From: Bacteroidota bacterium
Lineage (GTDB): Bacteria; Bacteroidota; Bacteroidia; B-17B0; Aurantibacillaceae
Direction: 5' to 3'
Length of the DNA stretch: 64,000 nt
NCBI GenBank assembly: GCA_043719555.1
Contig: JAYSTR010000085.1
Span: 672 to 64,671 of the forward strand
Made by a program: the position numbers and the translations under genes. Of this stretch, positions 49,924 through 62,000 are shown piece by piece (the stretch's first letter is position 1; each line of letters begins with the position of its first letter). The notes under the pieces were generated by a model. That model saw only the letters and a list, made by a program, of their open reading frames with translations. It did no database searches and was not told the DNA's origin.

Positions 49924-50865
49924 CTACGCTGGAGTTACTGTAGATAATACAGCATTCATATTTCTAACAGCTTCAGCAGATTTTGCAAATAATGCTTTTT
50001 CTTCGTCGTTTAAGTTGAAATCAACAATTTTTTCCCAACCTGTTTTGCCAACGATTACTGGAACACCGATACAAATATCTTTTTGTCCATATTCGCCCTC
50101 TAATTGAACGCAACAAGTAAATAATTTTTTCTGATCGTTAATGATACTATCAACTAAAGATGCTACTGATGCACCAGGAGCGTACCAAGCAGATGTGCCT
50201 AGCATACCAGTTAATGTTGCGCCACCAACCATCGTATCAGCAGCAACTTTTTTCAAAGTATCAGCATCTAACATTTGTGAAGCAGGAACGCCATTATAAG
50301 TAGCTAAACGAGTTAAAGGAATCATTGTTGTATCTCCGTGTCCACCAATTACATAACCTTGTACGTCAGAAGCGGGAACATTTAATGCTTGAGATAAATA
50401 ACATTTAAAACGGGCACTATCTAAAATACCACCCATACCAATAATACGGTTTTTAGCTAATTTACTTTCTTTTAATGCTAAGTAGGTCATTGTATCCATT
50501 GGATTAGATACAACGATGATAATTGCATTTGGAGAGTGTTTTAAAACATTTTCTGTTACTGTTTTAACAATTCCTGCGTTAATTCCAATTAACTCTTCGC
50601 GAGTCATACCTGGTTTACGAGGAATACCAGATGTAATTACAACTACTTCAGACCCTGCTGTTTTAGCATAATCATTAGTACTACCACTAATACGAGTGTT
50701 AAAACCGTTTAATGTTGCTGTCTGCATTAAATCTAATGCTTTTCCTTCTGCGAAATTTTCTTTAATGTCAAGAATTACTACTTCGCTTGCGATACCTCTT
50801 ACTGCAATATACTCTGCACAAGATGCGCCTACATTACCTGCGCCAATTACTGATACTTTGCTCAT
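49924..50865 (-). CDS. mdh: Malate dehydrogenase (LDH-like MDH family)
   Basis: KVSVIGAGNVGA Rossmann motif, SGIPRKPGMTREEL and VIGGHGD. Confidence 0.95.
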   Translation of the reverse strand: MSKVSVIGAGNVGASCAEYIAVRGIASEVVILDIKENFAEGKALDLMQTATLNGFNTRISGSTNDYAKTAGSEVVVITSGIPRKPGMTREELIGINAGIVKTVTENVLKHSPNAIIIVVSNPMDTMTYLALKESKLAKNRIIGMGGILDSARFKCYLSQALNVPASDVQGYVIGGHGDTTMIPLTRLATYNGVPASQMLDADTLKKVAADTMVGGATLTGMLGTSAWYAPGASVASLVDSIINDQKKLFTCCVQLEGEYGQKDICIGVPVIVGKTGWEKIVDFNLNDEEKALFAKSAEAVRNMNAVLSTVTPA

Positions 50866-51007
50866 TTGTTTATTGATTTTAGATTATTGATTATATATTT
50901 AATTTTTATTTTTTGTTAGTTTGAGCTCTCCCGATAAATATCGACATTAGAATGTTTAAAAACTTCCCAATCGACTCCGCTCAGGGCAACAAGTTTTATA
51001 ATATTTA

Positions 51008-53044
<2,037 letters not shown>

Positions 53045-53180
53045 TTACTAACACTTGTTAACAATAATTTTATATAAAAAGTGGAAAATTTTAGTCTTTT
53101 TTTTGCTTTTTTAGGTAATATATATTTAACAAATTAACTCGGAACAATTAGTACTTTTGCTACCCTAAAAACCAATTTTT

Positions 53181-53960
53181 ATGCAAGATATTTTTTCGAC
53201 TGAAGCCTTATTAAGTTTAATACCATTAACCTTAATGGAAATTTTATTAGGGATAGATAATGTAATTTTTGTTTCAATCGTTTTAAGTCGGTTAGATAAA
53301 GCTGATACTAAAAAAGCCAGCTTAATTTGGATGATAACAGGTATTGCTATGCGTATGGTATTTTTATTTACGCTAGGCTACTTGCTTAAAGGAGCACACG
53401 AATTGTTTCATATATTTTCGCACCCCGTAACTTTAAAAGATTTAATTATGATAGGTGGTGGTTTATTTTTATTAGTAAACTCTACACTCGAAATACATAA
53501 TAAACTTGAGGGCGAAGACCCAGATGAAGCATTAAATAACGACAAGAAAAAACCCACAAATTTTAAATCTATTATTATACAGATGATAATGATTGATATG
53601 ATTTTTAGTGTAGATGGTATTATTACAGCTATTGGAATGGCTAATAATATTACAATTATGATTATTGCCGTGGCGATAAGTATGTTTATTATGTTTTATT
53701 TTGCTCCAAAAATTTCCGCCTTTATACACAAACACCCAACATTTAAAATATTAGCCTTATCATTTTTAGTATTGATAGCTGTATTATTATTAATAGAAGG
53801 TGTGCATATTGATGAAGTAGAAGTACCTAAGGGATACATTTACTTTGCAATGGCATTTTCGTTTAGTGTGGAGTTATTAAATTTAAAACTACGCAAAACA
53901 CACAAGCCTGTTGAGCTACGTTCACCAACAATGAAAGAAGAAGAGAGTAAATTGTTGTAA
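53181..53960 (+). CDS. TerC-family integral membrane protein
   Basis: LEILLGIDNVIF and SVDGIITAIGM TerC motifs with 7 TM helices. Confidence 0.8.
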   Translation: MQDIFSTEALLSLIPLTLMEILLGIDNVIFVSIVLSRLDKADTKKASLIWMITGIAMRMVFLFTLGYLLKGAHELFHIFSHPVTLKDLIMIGGGLFLLVNSTLEIHNKLEGEDPDEALNNDKKKPTNFKSIIIQMIMIDMIFSVDGIITAIGMANNITIMIIAVAISMFIMFYFAPKISAFIHKHPTFKILALSFLVLIAVLLLIEGVHIDEVEVPKGYIYFAMAFSFSVELLNLKLRKTHKPVELRSPTMKEEESKLL

Positions 53961-54001
53961 GGTTTTTTGTAGTTACACCAGCTTTTTTAAATAAAAGTTA
54001 A

Positions 54002-54655
54002 TCATTTTATTTTAGTAATTAGTTTTTTAGGTATTTCAAAAAAATCATCTTTTATTTTTTGAGGAATAATCTCTACGGCATTTTTATTGCAATTATATTC
54101 TCCAATTGTAAAATTTCGAATAAGAGGGATAGAATGAGATAGCATTATAAATTTCCCTAAGTGCTCAGATTTATAATTAGTAAACATTTTATAATCTATT
54201 GAATATTTTTTGTTAAAATAAAAATATTCAATAGAACTCGCTAGAATAAAGACATATTCGTCATATTTTATACTATTTGTGTTACTTGTATTATTATTTT
54301 TATCCGATATAGTTGCACTTTTTCTATAATGGTATTTTTTAAGAATCGCTTCGCTTTCAACTCCAGCATCTATAATAAATAATGTGTCATTGTTTAAATA
54401 CTTTTCGTAAATTTTATTTGTAGAACTTTTATATAAAATCCATTCTTTTTTTAGACCATTTCCTGTCACAAAATAATCACCATTTTTTATATAAAAAATT
54501 TCATTTGTTCCTAAACCAATTAATAAAGAACTATCTCTTATATGTGTCTTATTATGTTGGTAAGAAACAGAATAGACTATTTTACCTTCAAATGTTTGTC
54601 CTTGAGATTTAGTTATTAGAAAACATAATATTAATACTAAAATTAAATCTTTCAT
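54002..54655 (-). CDS. Hypothetical secreted protein (AT-rich orphan)
   Basis: Signal peptide (LILCFLITKSQGQ) followed by FEGKIVYSVSY. I cannot assign a family confidently. Confidence 0.5.
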   Translation of the reverse strand: MKDLILVLILCFLITKSQGQTFEGKIVYSVSYQHNKTHIRDSSLLIGLGTNEIFYIKNGDYFVTGNGLKKEWILYKSSTNKIYEKYLNNDTLFIIDAGVESEAILKKYHYRKSATISDKNNNTSNTNSIKYDEYVFILASSIEYFYFNKKYSIDYKMFTNYKSEHLGKFIMLSHSIPLIRNFTIGEYNCNKNAVEIIPQKIKDDFFEIPKKLITKIK

Positions 54656-54704
54656 TAATTATTGATTTAAAATATTTTGAATATAAGAGTATGATTCAAT
54701 TAAT

Positions 54705-55544
54705 CTACAACTCATTCAAATCAAAACTATTGTTTAATCTAATCCCTTTTTCGGTTTGAGATACGGTGCAACATTCAATCGTTGGGTCGTGCTCAAAAAA
54801 TAACGTCCAGTTATTTTTGGCAGCTTCTCCTAAAATATATTGTTTTTCGGTAAGTGTATTTAAAGGACGCACATCGTAACCCATTACATAAGGAATAGGA
54901 ATATGCCCTGTAGATGGAATTAAATCTGCTAAAAAGGCTACAGTTGTGTTTTTGTATTTAATAATTGGCAACATCATTGCTTCGGTATGTCCGTTTGCTT
55001 CGTATAAGGTAAAGCCAGGTATAATTTCCGAAGTGGCATCAATAAAATTTAGCTGTCCGTTTTCTTGTATCGGTAAAATGTTTTCTTTAAGGAAACTAGC
55101 TTTTTCGCGTGGATTTGGATTTATAGCCCAGTTCCAGTGTTTTTCGTTACACAAGTATTTTGCGTTTTTAAATGCTGGAAATAATTTTGTTCTATCAGCA
55201 TTGTAACTGATACTTCCACCACAGTGATCGAAATGTAAATGTGTTAAAAAAACATCTGTAATATCGTCTCTATGAAAACCATATTTTGCTAACGATAAAT
55301 CTAACGTATCATTACCGTGTAAATAATAATAGCCGAAAAATTTATCGTCTTGTTTATTACCCATACCATTATCAATTAATATCAACCGGTTGCCATCTTT
55401 AACCAATAAGCAACGCATAGCCCACGAGCACATATTGTTTTCGTCGGCCGGATTACTTTTTTGCCAAACAGATTTAGGTACAACGCCAAACATAGCACCA
55501 CCATCTAATTTAAAATGTCCTGTATTAATTGAAAATAATTCCAT
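54705..55544 (-). CDS. MBL-fold metallo-hydrolase
   Basis: HLHFDHCGG metal-binding motif. Confidence 0.85.
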   Translation of the reverse strand: MELFSINTGHFKLDGGAMFGVVPKSVWQKSNPADENNMCSWAMRCLLVKDGNRLILIDNGMGNKQDDKFFGYYYLHGNDTLDLSLAKYGFHRDDITDVFLTHLHFDHCGGSISYNADRTKLFPAFKNAKYLCNEKHWNWAINPNPREKASFLKENILPIQENGQLNFIDATSEIIPGFTLYEANGHTEAMMLPIIKYKNTTVAFLADLIPSTGHIPIPYVMGYDVRPLNTLTEKQYILGEAAKNNWTLFFEHDPTIECCTVSQTEKGIRLNNSFDLNEL

Positions 55545-55558
55545 AACGAGTTTTGGGT

Positions 55559-56458
55559 TTAATATGCATTAAATTTAAACTTTCCTTCACTTAATTCAAC
55601 ATTTGGGAAAGGTATTTTTATAATATTTATCCAACAAAATATGGCACGTAATAGTTTTGATTTTGTTTTTATACGAGTTAAATCAGCATCCAAACTAAAA
55701 TAATATTGAGGATAACGTTTAAAGGTTTTGATATTTCCTTCGTCGTCTTGTATTACAATATTATTGTTTCGAGCGCCAATCATACCATTGGCGCCATAGC
55801 CAAAAGCAAAACTTAACCAGTTTGGGAATTTAGTTTCGTTTTTAATAAATGAAGTAGGGTTAATGCTTAACCAATACGTTTGACCATTATAATCTTTTAA
55901 TAGTTGTTCGCTAAATGATTTACCTAACAAATCTGAACGATACTGCGCATAGGGCGATGGTGAAAACGCAAATTTTAATTGTAGGGGTTGTTTATCAAAT
56001 AGAATTTTTTGGCTAATTGCTAAACTACTTCCAAGTGTATTAGCAGCCATATCGCCCCAGCTAAATCCCCAGCCTTTGCTATAACCATCCATCATTTCAA
56101 TAACACTCATATATGCAAAGCCACTTAATCCACCAATAAGTATTTGATTTTTTTTAGTGCATCCAGCCCAATTCATCGCCTGCATCATTAATCGCCCAGT
56201 TTGATAAGTTGAAAGTGAGTGCCCGCATTTATCCATACTTTTCCACTCATCATTATCATTAAAAGTGTGAAAACTTCCGGAACTGTATTGTTGGTACCAA
56301 GCTTGATTTAAATAGACCAAAGTACCAGCTGTAATTGCAATAGATGCGCTCCCTAAAATTATTTTTTTTGTTTTGTTGTGAGATGGAATACTATCATTGG
56401 TTTGAGCACGAAAAAGAGTAGTGGTAAAAATAAATAGCAGTATGTAATATTTATACAC
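55559..56458 (-). CDS. DUF2279-like (YfiM-like) outer-membrane-associated protein
   Basis: Signal peptide and a DKCGHSLSTY motif characteristic of DUF2279. Confidence 0.55.
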   Translation of the reverse strand: MYKYYILLFIFTTTLFRAQTNDSIPSHNKTKKIILGSASIAITAGTLVYLNQAWYQQYSSGSFHTFNDNDEWKSMDKCGHSLSTYQTGRLMMQAMNWAGCTKKNQILIGGLSGFAYMSVIEMMDGYSKGWGFSWGDMAANTLGSSLAISQKILFDKQPLQLKFAFSPSPYAQYRSDLLGKSFSEQLLKDYNGQTYWLSINPTSFIKNETKFPNWLSFAFGYGANGMIGARNNNIVIQDDEGNIKTFKRYPQYYFSLDADLTRIKTKSKLLRAIFCWINIIKIPFPNVELSEGKFKFNAY

Positions 56459-56466
56459 GTTATTAT

Positions 56467-57810
56467 TTATACTAAATCTTTAACTAACATATTCCCTTTT
56501 GAGTTATTAAGTGCCTCATCTAAATCTTTTAATAAGCGATTAATAGTTTCTAATTCGGTTGAATTATCAATAGGTAAATGATTGGTTCCTTTTTCATCTA
56601 ATTTATCAATAATAAATTTTACTGTTAATTTAGTGTCGGAAATTCCAGGTTGATAGCCGATTTCTTTTTCGATATTTTGCGAGCGTACCTCATTAAACAC
56701 ACCAGTCTCAATAAATTCAAAAATAATAGCATTTGCTAAACGCAGTGGTAAATCTAATTTTTGAGCAATTTGAGAGGCGGTTAAAGCTTCTTTTCCTTCA
56801 TTAAAATTTTTCACAACTACATTTGCCATCATCAGAGCTATTACGCGCTTGTATCGGTCGCTTATATTTGCAATATCATTTTGTAATTCGTAATGCTCCA
56901 CATTTTGATTTGAAAAAGCTAATTCAGCGCCAAATAAAACAACGAACCAAGAATATTGCACCCAAATTAAAAATAAGGGTAATGCCGCAAAACTTCCGTA
57001 AATGGCATTGTATTGTACGGTATAAATTTGAAACGATACATAAGCCCATTGTAATAATTGAAATAAAACTGTAGCAAATATCGCCGCTATGGCCGCTGAT
57101 TTAAATTGAACTTTTGTATTTGGTAAAACAATGTAAATGAATACAAATAATCCCCACAATAATGCAAAAGAAAATAGTTTCATAGCAATAATACTTAAGG
57201 GTGATAAAAATTGTGCATGAGATACAACATTACCTACTTGATTATTAATGATGACCGTTAAACCACCTGAAAGAATTAAAAATAAAGGTGCAATTAACAT
57301 AATTGATAAGTAATCAGTTACCTTGCGAACAAATGTACGGCTACGTTTTATTTCCCAAATATCATTAAAGCTATCTTCTACATTTCCTAACAATTTCATT
57401 ACTGACCACAATAATAATACAACACCAACACCTGCAATAACACCACCTTTAGTAGTTTGCAAAAGAGTATTTGCGTAAACAAAACTTTGTTTTAAAATTG
57501 CTTCTTGCTCATGAAATTTCGCTAAAATATCTGCTTGTAATTTATCCTGAAAATCAAAACCTTTAGCAATGGCAAAAACTAAAGCTATAACAGGTACTAT
57601 AGAAAACAAGGTATAATAGGTTAGGGCAGTAGCATTGTTTACACAGTTGTCTTCCTTAAAACGCTTAATACTTAATATAATAACGCGAAGCTGCTTTAAT
57701 AATAAACCTTGTTTACTACTTAATTTATCAATTCGTAATCGCCATAATTTATTGGTGAAAAAATCGATTATCAGTTTAATAAATGAAATTATTTTTACCA
57801 TAATATGCAC
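56467..57810 (-). CDS. YihY/BrkB-family membrane protein with C-terminal extension
   Basis: NATALTYYTLFSIVP motif, six TM helices and a cytoplasmic tail of about 150 aa. Confidence 0.8.
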   Translation of the reverse strand: MHIMVKIISFIKLIIDFFTNKLWRLRIDKLSSKQGLLLKQLRVIILSIKRFKEDNCVNNATALTYYTLFSIVPVIALVFAIAKGFDFQDKLQADILAKFHEQEAILKQSFVYANTLLQTTKGGVIAGVGVVLLLWSVMKLLGNVEDSFNDIWEIKRSRTFVRKVTDYLSIMLIAPLFLILSGGLTVIINNQVGNVVSHAQFLSPLSIIAMKLFSFALLWGLFVFIYIVLPNTKVQFKSAAIAAIFATVLFQLLQWAYVSFQIYTVQYNAIYGSFAALPLFLIWVQYSWFVVLFGAELAFSNQNVEHYELQNDIANISDRYKRVIALMMANVVVKNFNEGKEALTASQIAQKLDLPLRLANAIIFEFIETGVFNEVRSQNIEKEIGYQPGISDTKLTVKFIIDKLDEKGTNHLPIDNSTELETINRLLKDLDEALNNSKGNMLVKDLV

Positions 57811-57887
57811 TAAAGATAATCATTTCAAGATAATGATAGATTTAATGATAAAAAAAAGGTTGACTAAATGGAGTCAACCTCTACTTC

Positions 57888-58742
57888 TTATTTTTTAGTT
57901 TTTGTTGATGGAACAACTGCTTTATTTGGAGCAGGTATTGGAGCAGGCGCTATATAATATTTTTTCGCCTCTGGCATAAATGCTTTTAATGTTGCAATTC
58001 GGGTATCATCACTTGGATGTGTACTTAAAATTTCTGGTGGTTTTTGTCCGCCGCTAGCATCTGCCATTCGTTGCCAAAATGCCACTGCTGCTTCAGGATC
58101 ATAACCACCCATAGCTGCAAATATTAATCCCATTTTATCAGCTTCTGTTTCGTGATTACGGCTAAATTTTAACATTCCTAATTGAGATCCCATTCCAAAT
58201 GATTGTTGAAATAACGCTTGTGCTGCAGCTGGTTTAGTTGACATAACAGCGCCCAGTGCTTGTCCTCCAAATTGTAATATCATTCCATCACTCATACGTT
58301 CGCTTCCGTGGCGTGCAATGGCATGAGCAATTTCATGCCCCATAACTACCGCTAAACTAGCATCATCAATTGTAACAGGCAATAAACCTGTGTACACAAC
58401 TACTTTACCTCCTGGCATACACCAAGCATTTACAGTGTTTTCATCAACTACATTAAAAGCCCATGCAAATCCATCTAACTGAGTTGATAAGCCTTTATCT
58501 GCATAATATTTTTCAACTGCACCTTGAATTCTTGCTCCAATTTTACGCACAGTAACAACTCTTGTGTCATTATCAGGTAATGGTTTATTTTCCGCTAAAA
58601 ATTGATCGTACTGTGAAAAACTCATCGTCATCATTTCACTTTCAGGAACTAATATTAATGAGCGACGACCAGTAATAGCATTTTTTTGACAAGCAGAAAA
58701 TAGACTACCGACTATTACTGCTGTTAAGATTATTTTTTTCAT
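57888..58742 (-). CDS. M48-family zinc metallopeptidase lipoprotein
   Basis: Lipobox LFSAC, the HEIAH zinc motif and a downstream ETEADK. Confidence 0.85.
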   Translation of the reverse strand: MKKIILTAVIVGSLFSACQKNAITGRRSLILVPESEMMTMSFSQYDQFLAENKPLPDNDTRVVTVRKIGARIQGAVEKYYADKGLSTQLDGFAWAFNVVDENTVNAWCMPGGKVVVYTGLLPVTIDDASLAVVMGHEIAHAIARHGSERMSDGMILQFGGQALGAVMSTKPAAAQALFQQSFGMGSQLGMLKFSRNHETEADKMGLIFAAMGGYDPEAAVAFWQRMADASGGQKPPEILSTHPSDDTRIATLKAFMPEAKKYYIAPAPIPAPNKAVVPSTKTKK

Positions 58743-58755
58743 TTATAAATTTCGT

Positions 58756-59037
58756 TTAATTAATTTCTGCACTCAAACCTTTCTCTAGCAAAGCTTCACA
58801 AATAGGTTTCAATTTTTTTAATTCTCCTTGTTTTACAGAACATTGTCCTGTATAATGCACTAATGTAGCACATTGCTCTGCCTGAACAAAGTCGTGCCCA
58901 CAATATTTCGTTAAGCATTCAATTACCCATTCGAATGTATTTACATCGTCATTATATAAAACAATATGATTTTCTTGTTTTTCTTTAGTTAGAATTTCTT
59001 CTTCTAATAAAGTATCTGTATCAAAATGATTATTCAT
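58756..59037 (-). CDS. clpS: ATP-dependent Clp protease adaptor ClpS
   Basis: VVLYNDDVNTFEWV-type core (HIVLYNDDVNTFEWVIECL); 93 aa. Confidence 0.9.
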   Translation of the reverse strand: MNNHFDTDTLLEEEILTKEKQENHIVLYNDDVNTFEWVIECLTKYCGHDFVQAEQCATLVHYTGQCSVKQGELKKLKPICEALLEKGLSAEIN

Positions 59038-59059
59038 TTTACAAAATTAATTCTAAAAT

Positions 59060-62000
59060 TTATTTATTCAAATATGAAGTTGCTTCTGCTCCATATAATT
59101 TTTTTCCGTCTTTGTATACCACAATAAATGCGTCAGTAATTCCAACCGAAATAGCTTCGTCACGTAATTTTTTAGCAAAATTTGCTGCGTTAAAACTACC
59201 AATAGTATAAATATATAAACCATTGATAGGTGTATTATTCACTGGCCAAGTTTTGATGTTTAAGAATTTGGAAGCGACATCATTAGGCACTTGATTTTTG
59301 TAAGCGCCAATTTGTACTTTATAATTTACACCTGCATCATCTGTTTTCACGCCGTTATCTGCAGTTGGAGCTGGGCCCGATGTTATACCGTTGCTAAATG
59401 GAGCAATTGTTGGAGTTGCCGCTGTATATTGTTCAGAGGCAATTGTATTAGTCTGCACAGCAGTTGAATTAATAATTGGAGCAACAACACCACCAAAAAT
59501 AATAGGATTTTCAGTTTCCATTTTCAAGGCATTGTTTTCGGTTTGTATTTTTTGCCCTTCCGCAAATGGAACTCGTTTAGCATTATAATAGGCCGATACG
59601 AAAGCATCTTTAACCCCTAAATCAACTACTTTACGTTTATCACCTAATAAATTACTTGTTTGATTGTAAATACCTGCAGTATATCTATATAATCCGTTTG
59701 GTAATTTTTCTGTATAAATTGGTCGTAAATTATATAATTGAGAACGTTTTACTTGTTTAGAAAATACTCCAATTTGAACCGTAAATAATAAACCATTCAT
59801 TTGTTCTAATTCTTTTGTAACTTCTACAGGTTGCGTATCTATAGCATTTACCGGTGTAGTAGCAACAATTGTATTACGAGGAATATTTGCATTATCAGTT
59901 AAGCCAGCACTAGCATCATTTGGCAATTCAACATTTTTTCCATTTGATTTAGCTTTATCAATTGCATCATTCATTTGAACTCGTTGTCCATTATAATATG
60001 CAACTACAAACGCATCAGCATAACCTAATTTTCTTAAATCATTTTTTACTGCAGCGGCATCTTCAATTTCCTCAAAACTGCCAGCCATATAACGCAAATA
60101 ACCATTTGGTGTTGTTTGAGCAGACACTGGTGTTAATCCTTTAAATGTTCCATTTGGTAAAGGTGCTTTAAAGGCTCCTATTTGAACTTTAAATACTAGT
60201 CCATCTGGCATTTTTTCATCAATTGGTATAGGTTTATCAGCAGTATACGCATCTATATTTTTTACTTCCAAGCCTTTAACCGATAATGTTGTAGTGTTTT
60301 TTGTAGAATTATTTTTCGGAGTAGTTACCGTGTTTTTTGCAATCGAATTATTATTTTTTATTACAATATCAGGATTTGTAATTGCATTTAATTTCGCAAT
60401 TGCTTCATCACTATTTTTTGTAGCTTCAGTTAATAACATTTTTTTTCTTGCTCCATCAGATGTTGCATTAGCTTGAGTTTTTAAATCTTGACTCTTTTTA
60501 AAACTTGCTTGCGCCTGAGTTTTTAAAATTGAATTGGTTTGTGGTAATGTTAAAAAACGAGTTTTGTATTCTTTTTCGTTTGCATCATTCAATTGAGTTA
60601 AAGCATCTGTTTGTTTTTTAGTCACAGCATTTAATTCTGTATTTAATTCATTTTTCTGTGTTAATTGCTCGGGTGTTAAACTAGTAACTGCTGTTTGTTT
60701 AGGAACAAAATTAGAGAAATATTTTTTGTAAGTCGTTAATAAAGCGTCTTGTTTTGCAATAGCTTCTTGTTCTTTTTCATTAGCATTACTATACCCTCCA
60801 AGTTTAGCTGCAGCATTAGGATAAGCATTCGCTTCAATACGAATATTTTTTGCTTGTTCATTTAACTGATTAATTTCAGATAGTTGAGTATCAACAGATG
60901 CAAGCTCAGGAATGTTTTTTCCTTTAGCCATTTCTGCCAATGAAGTTAAATTTTCTTTATTGTTTTCTAAAGTTGAAGTATTTAATTGTTGCTGAGAATC
61001 AGCTGCTTCCACTTTTTTGGATACTGCTTGTGTATCTAATTCTTTTGCTTTTGTTAAATCAATTTCTTTTTCAGCTCCTGTTTTAGAATTTGCTAATTTT
61101 CGTAATTCAATTGCTTCCTTCGATAAATTTTCAGCTTCTGTTTCTATACTTGAAATTTTATCTTGAGTAAGCGGTGTGCCATCAGAAGAATTTTCATTAT
61201 TTAGAGAGATTAGCTTTTCCTTAATGTTTTTTTCTTCATTATTTGCTGTTACTAAATTTTGTTCAGCCGTTTCCTTATTAGCTTTTGCCTCGCTATTTTG
61301 ATAAGTTAACGAATTTGCTGTTTTAAGATTATCTCCACTTGTAGTTATATTATTAGTTGTTTTAGGATTTGTTACAGGAGTTTCATTATTCGTTTTAGGA
61401 TTAGGTACTGAACCATCCGTAATATTAGTTTTACTATTATCCGTATTAGCTACCACTGGATCATTGGTTATAGCGTTCACTGTATTATTACTTACGGCTT
61501 TTTCGGTATTGGTTACTGAGTTTGCAGGAGTATTATTTTTTGGAGTTTCATTTACAGTAGTTGTTGTATTTACTGCACTCGTCTCATTATTACTAACCAA
61601 ATCAGTTTTAAATAAACGATCATTGGCTTCATTTAATAATTTTAAAGTTTCAATTTCTTTATTATTAGCATTTAATAATGATTGAGCTTTTTCACTTGTC
61701 GTTTTTGCAATGAGAGATTCTCCAATAAAGTTTTTTGCTTCTTTATTTAAATTATCAGCATTTATAACGATATCTTTTAATTTTTGATCATTACCTGAAA
61801 TGAATTTTGGACTTTTTTGTATATTGTCTGTTAAAGTTTTTATTTCAGTTTGATTTGCTTTACTTAATGCAAAATAGGCATCAAGCTGGTTTTGCGAGCT
61901 TTTATTAACTTCAGTATTTACTTTAGCAATTGCCTCGTTTGGTGAAATTGCACTAGTTGTTGATTTAGCTGTATATGTTGGATTAACTTTAGTATATAAT

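Noticed and set aside
49859-50107. 82-aa plus-strand ORF overlapping the 3' end of mdh.
   Set aside because: It starts inside the mdh terminator hairpin and overlaps a strongly supported gene, so it is most likely spurious.
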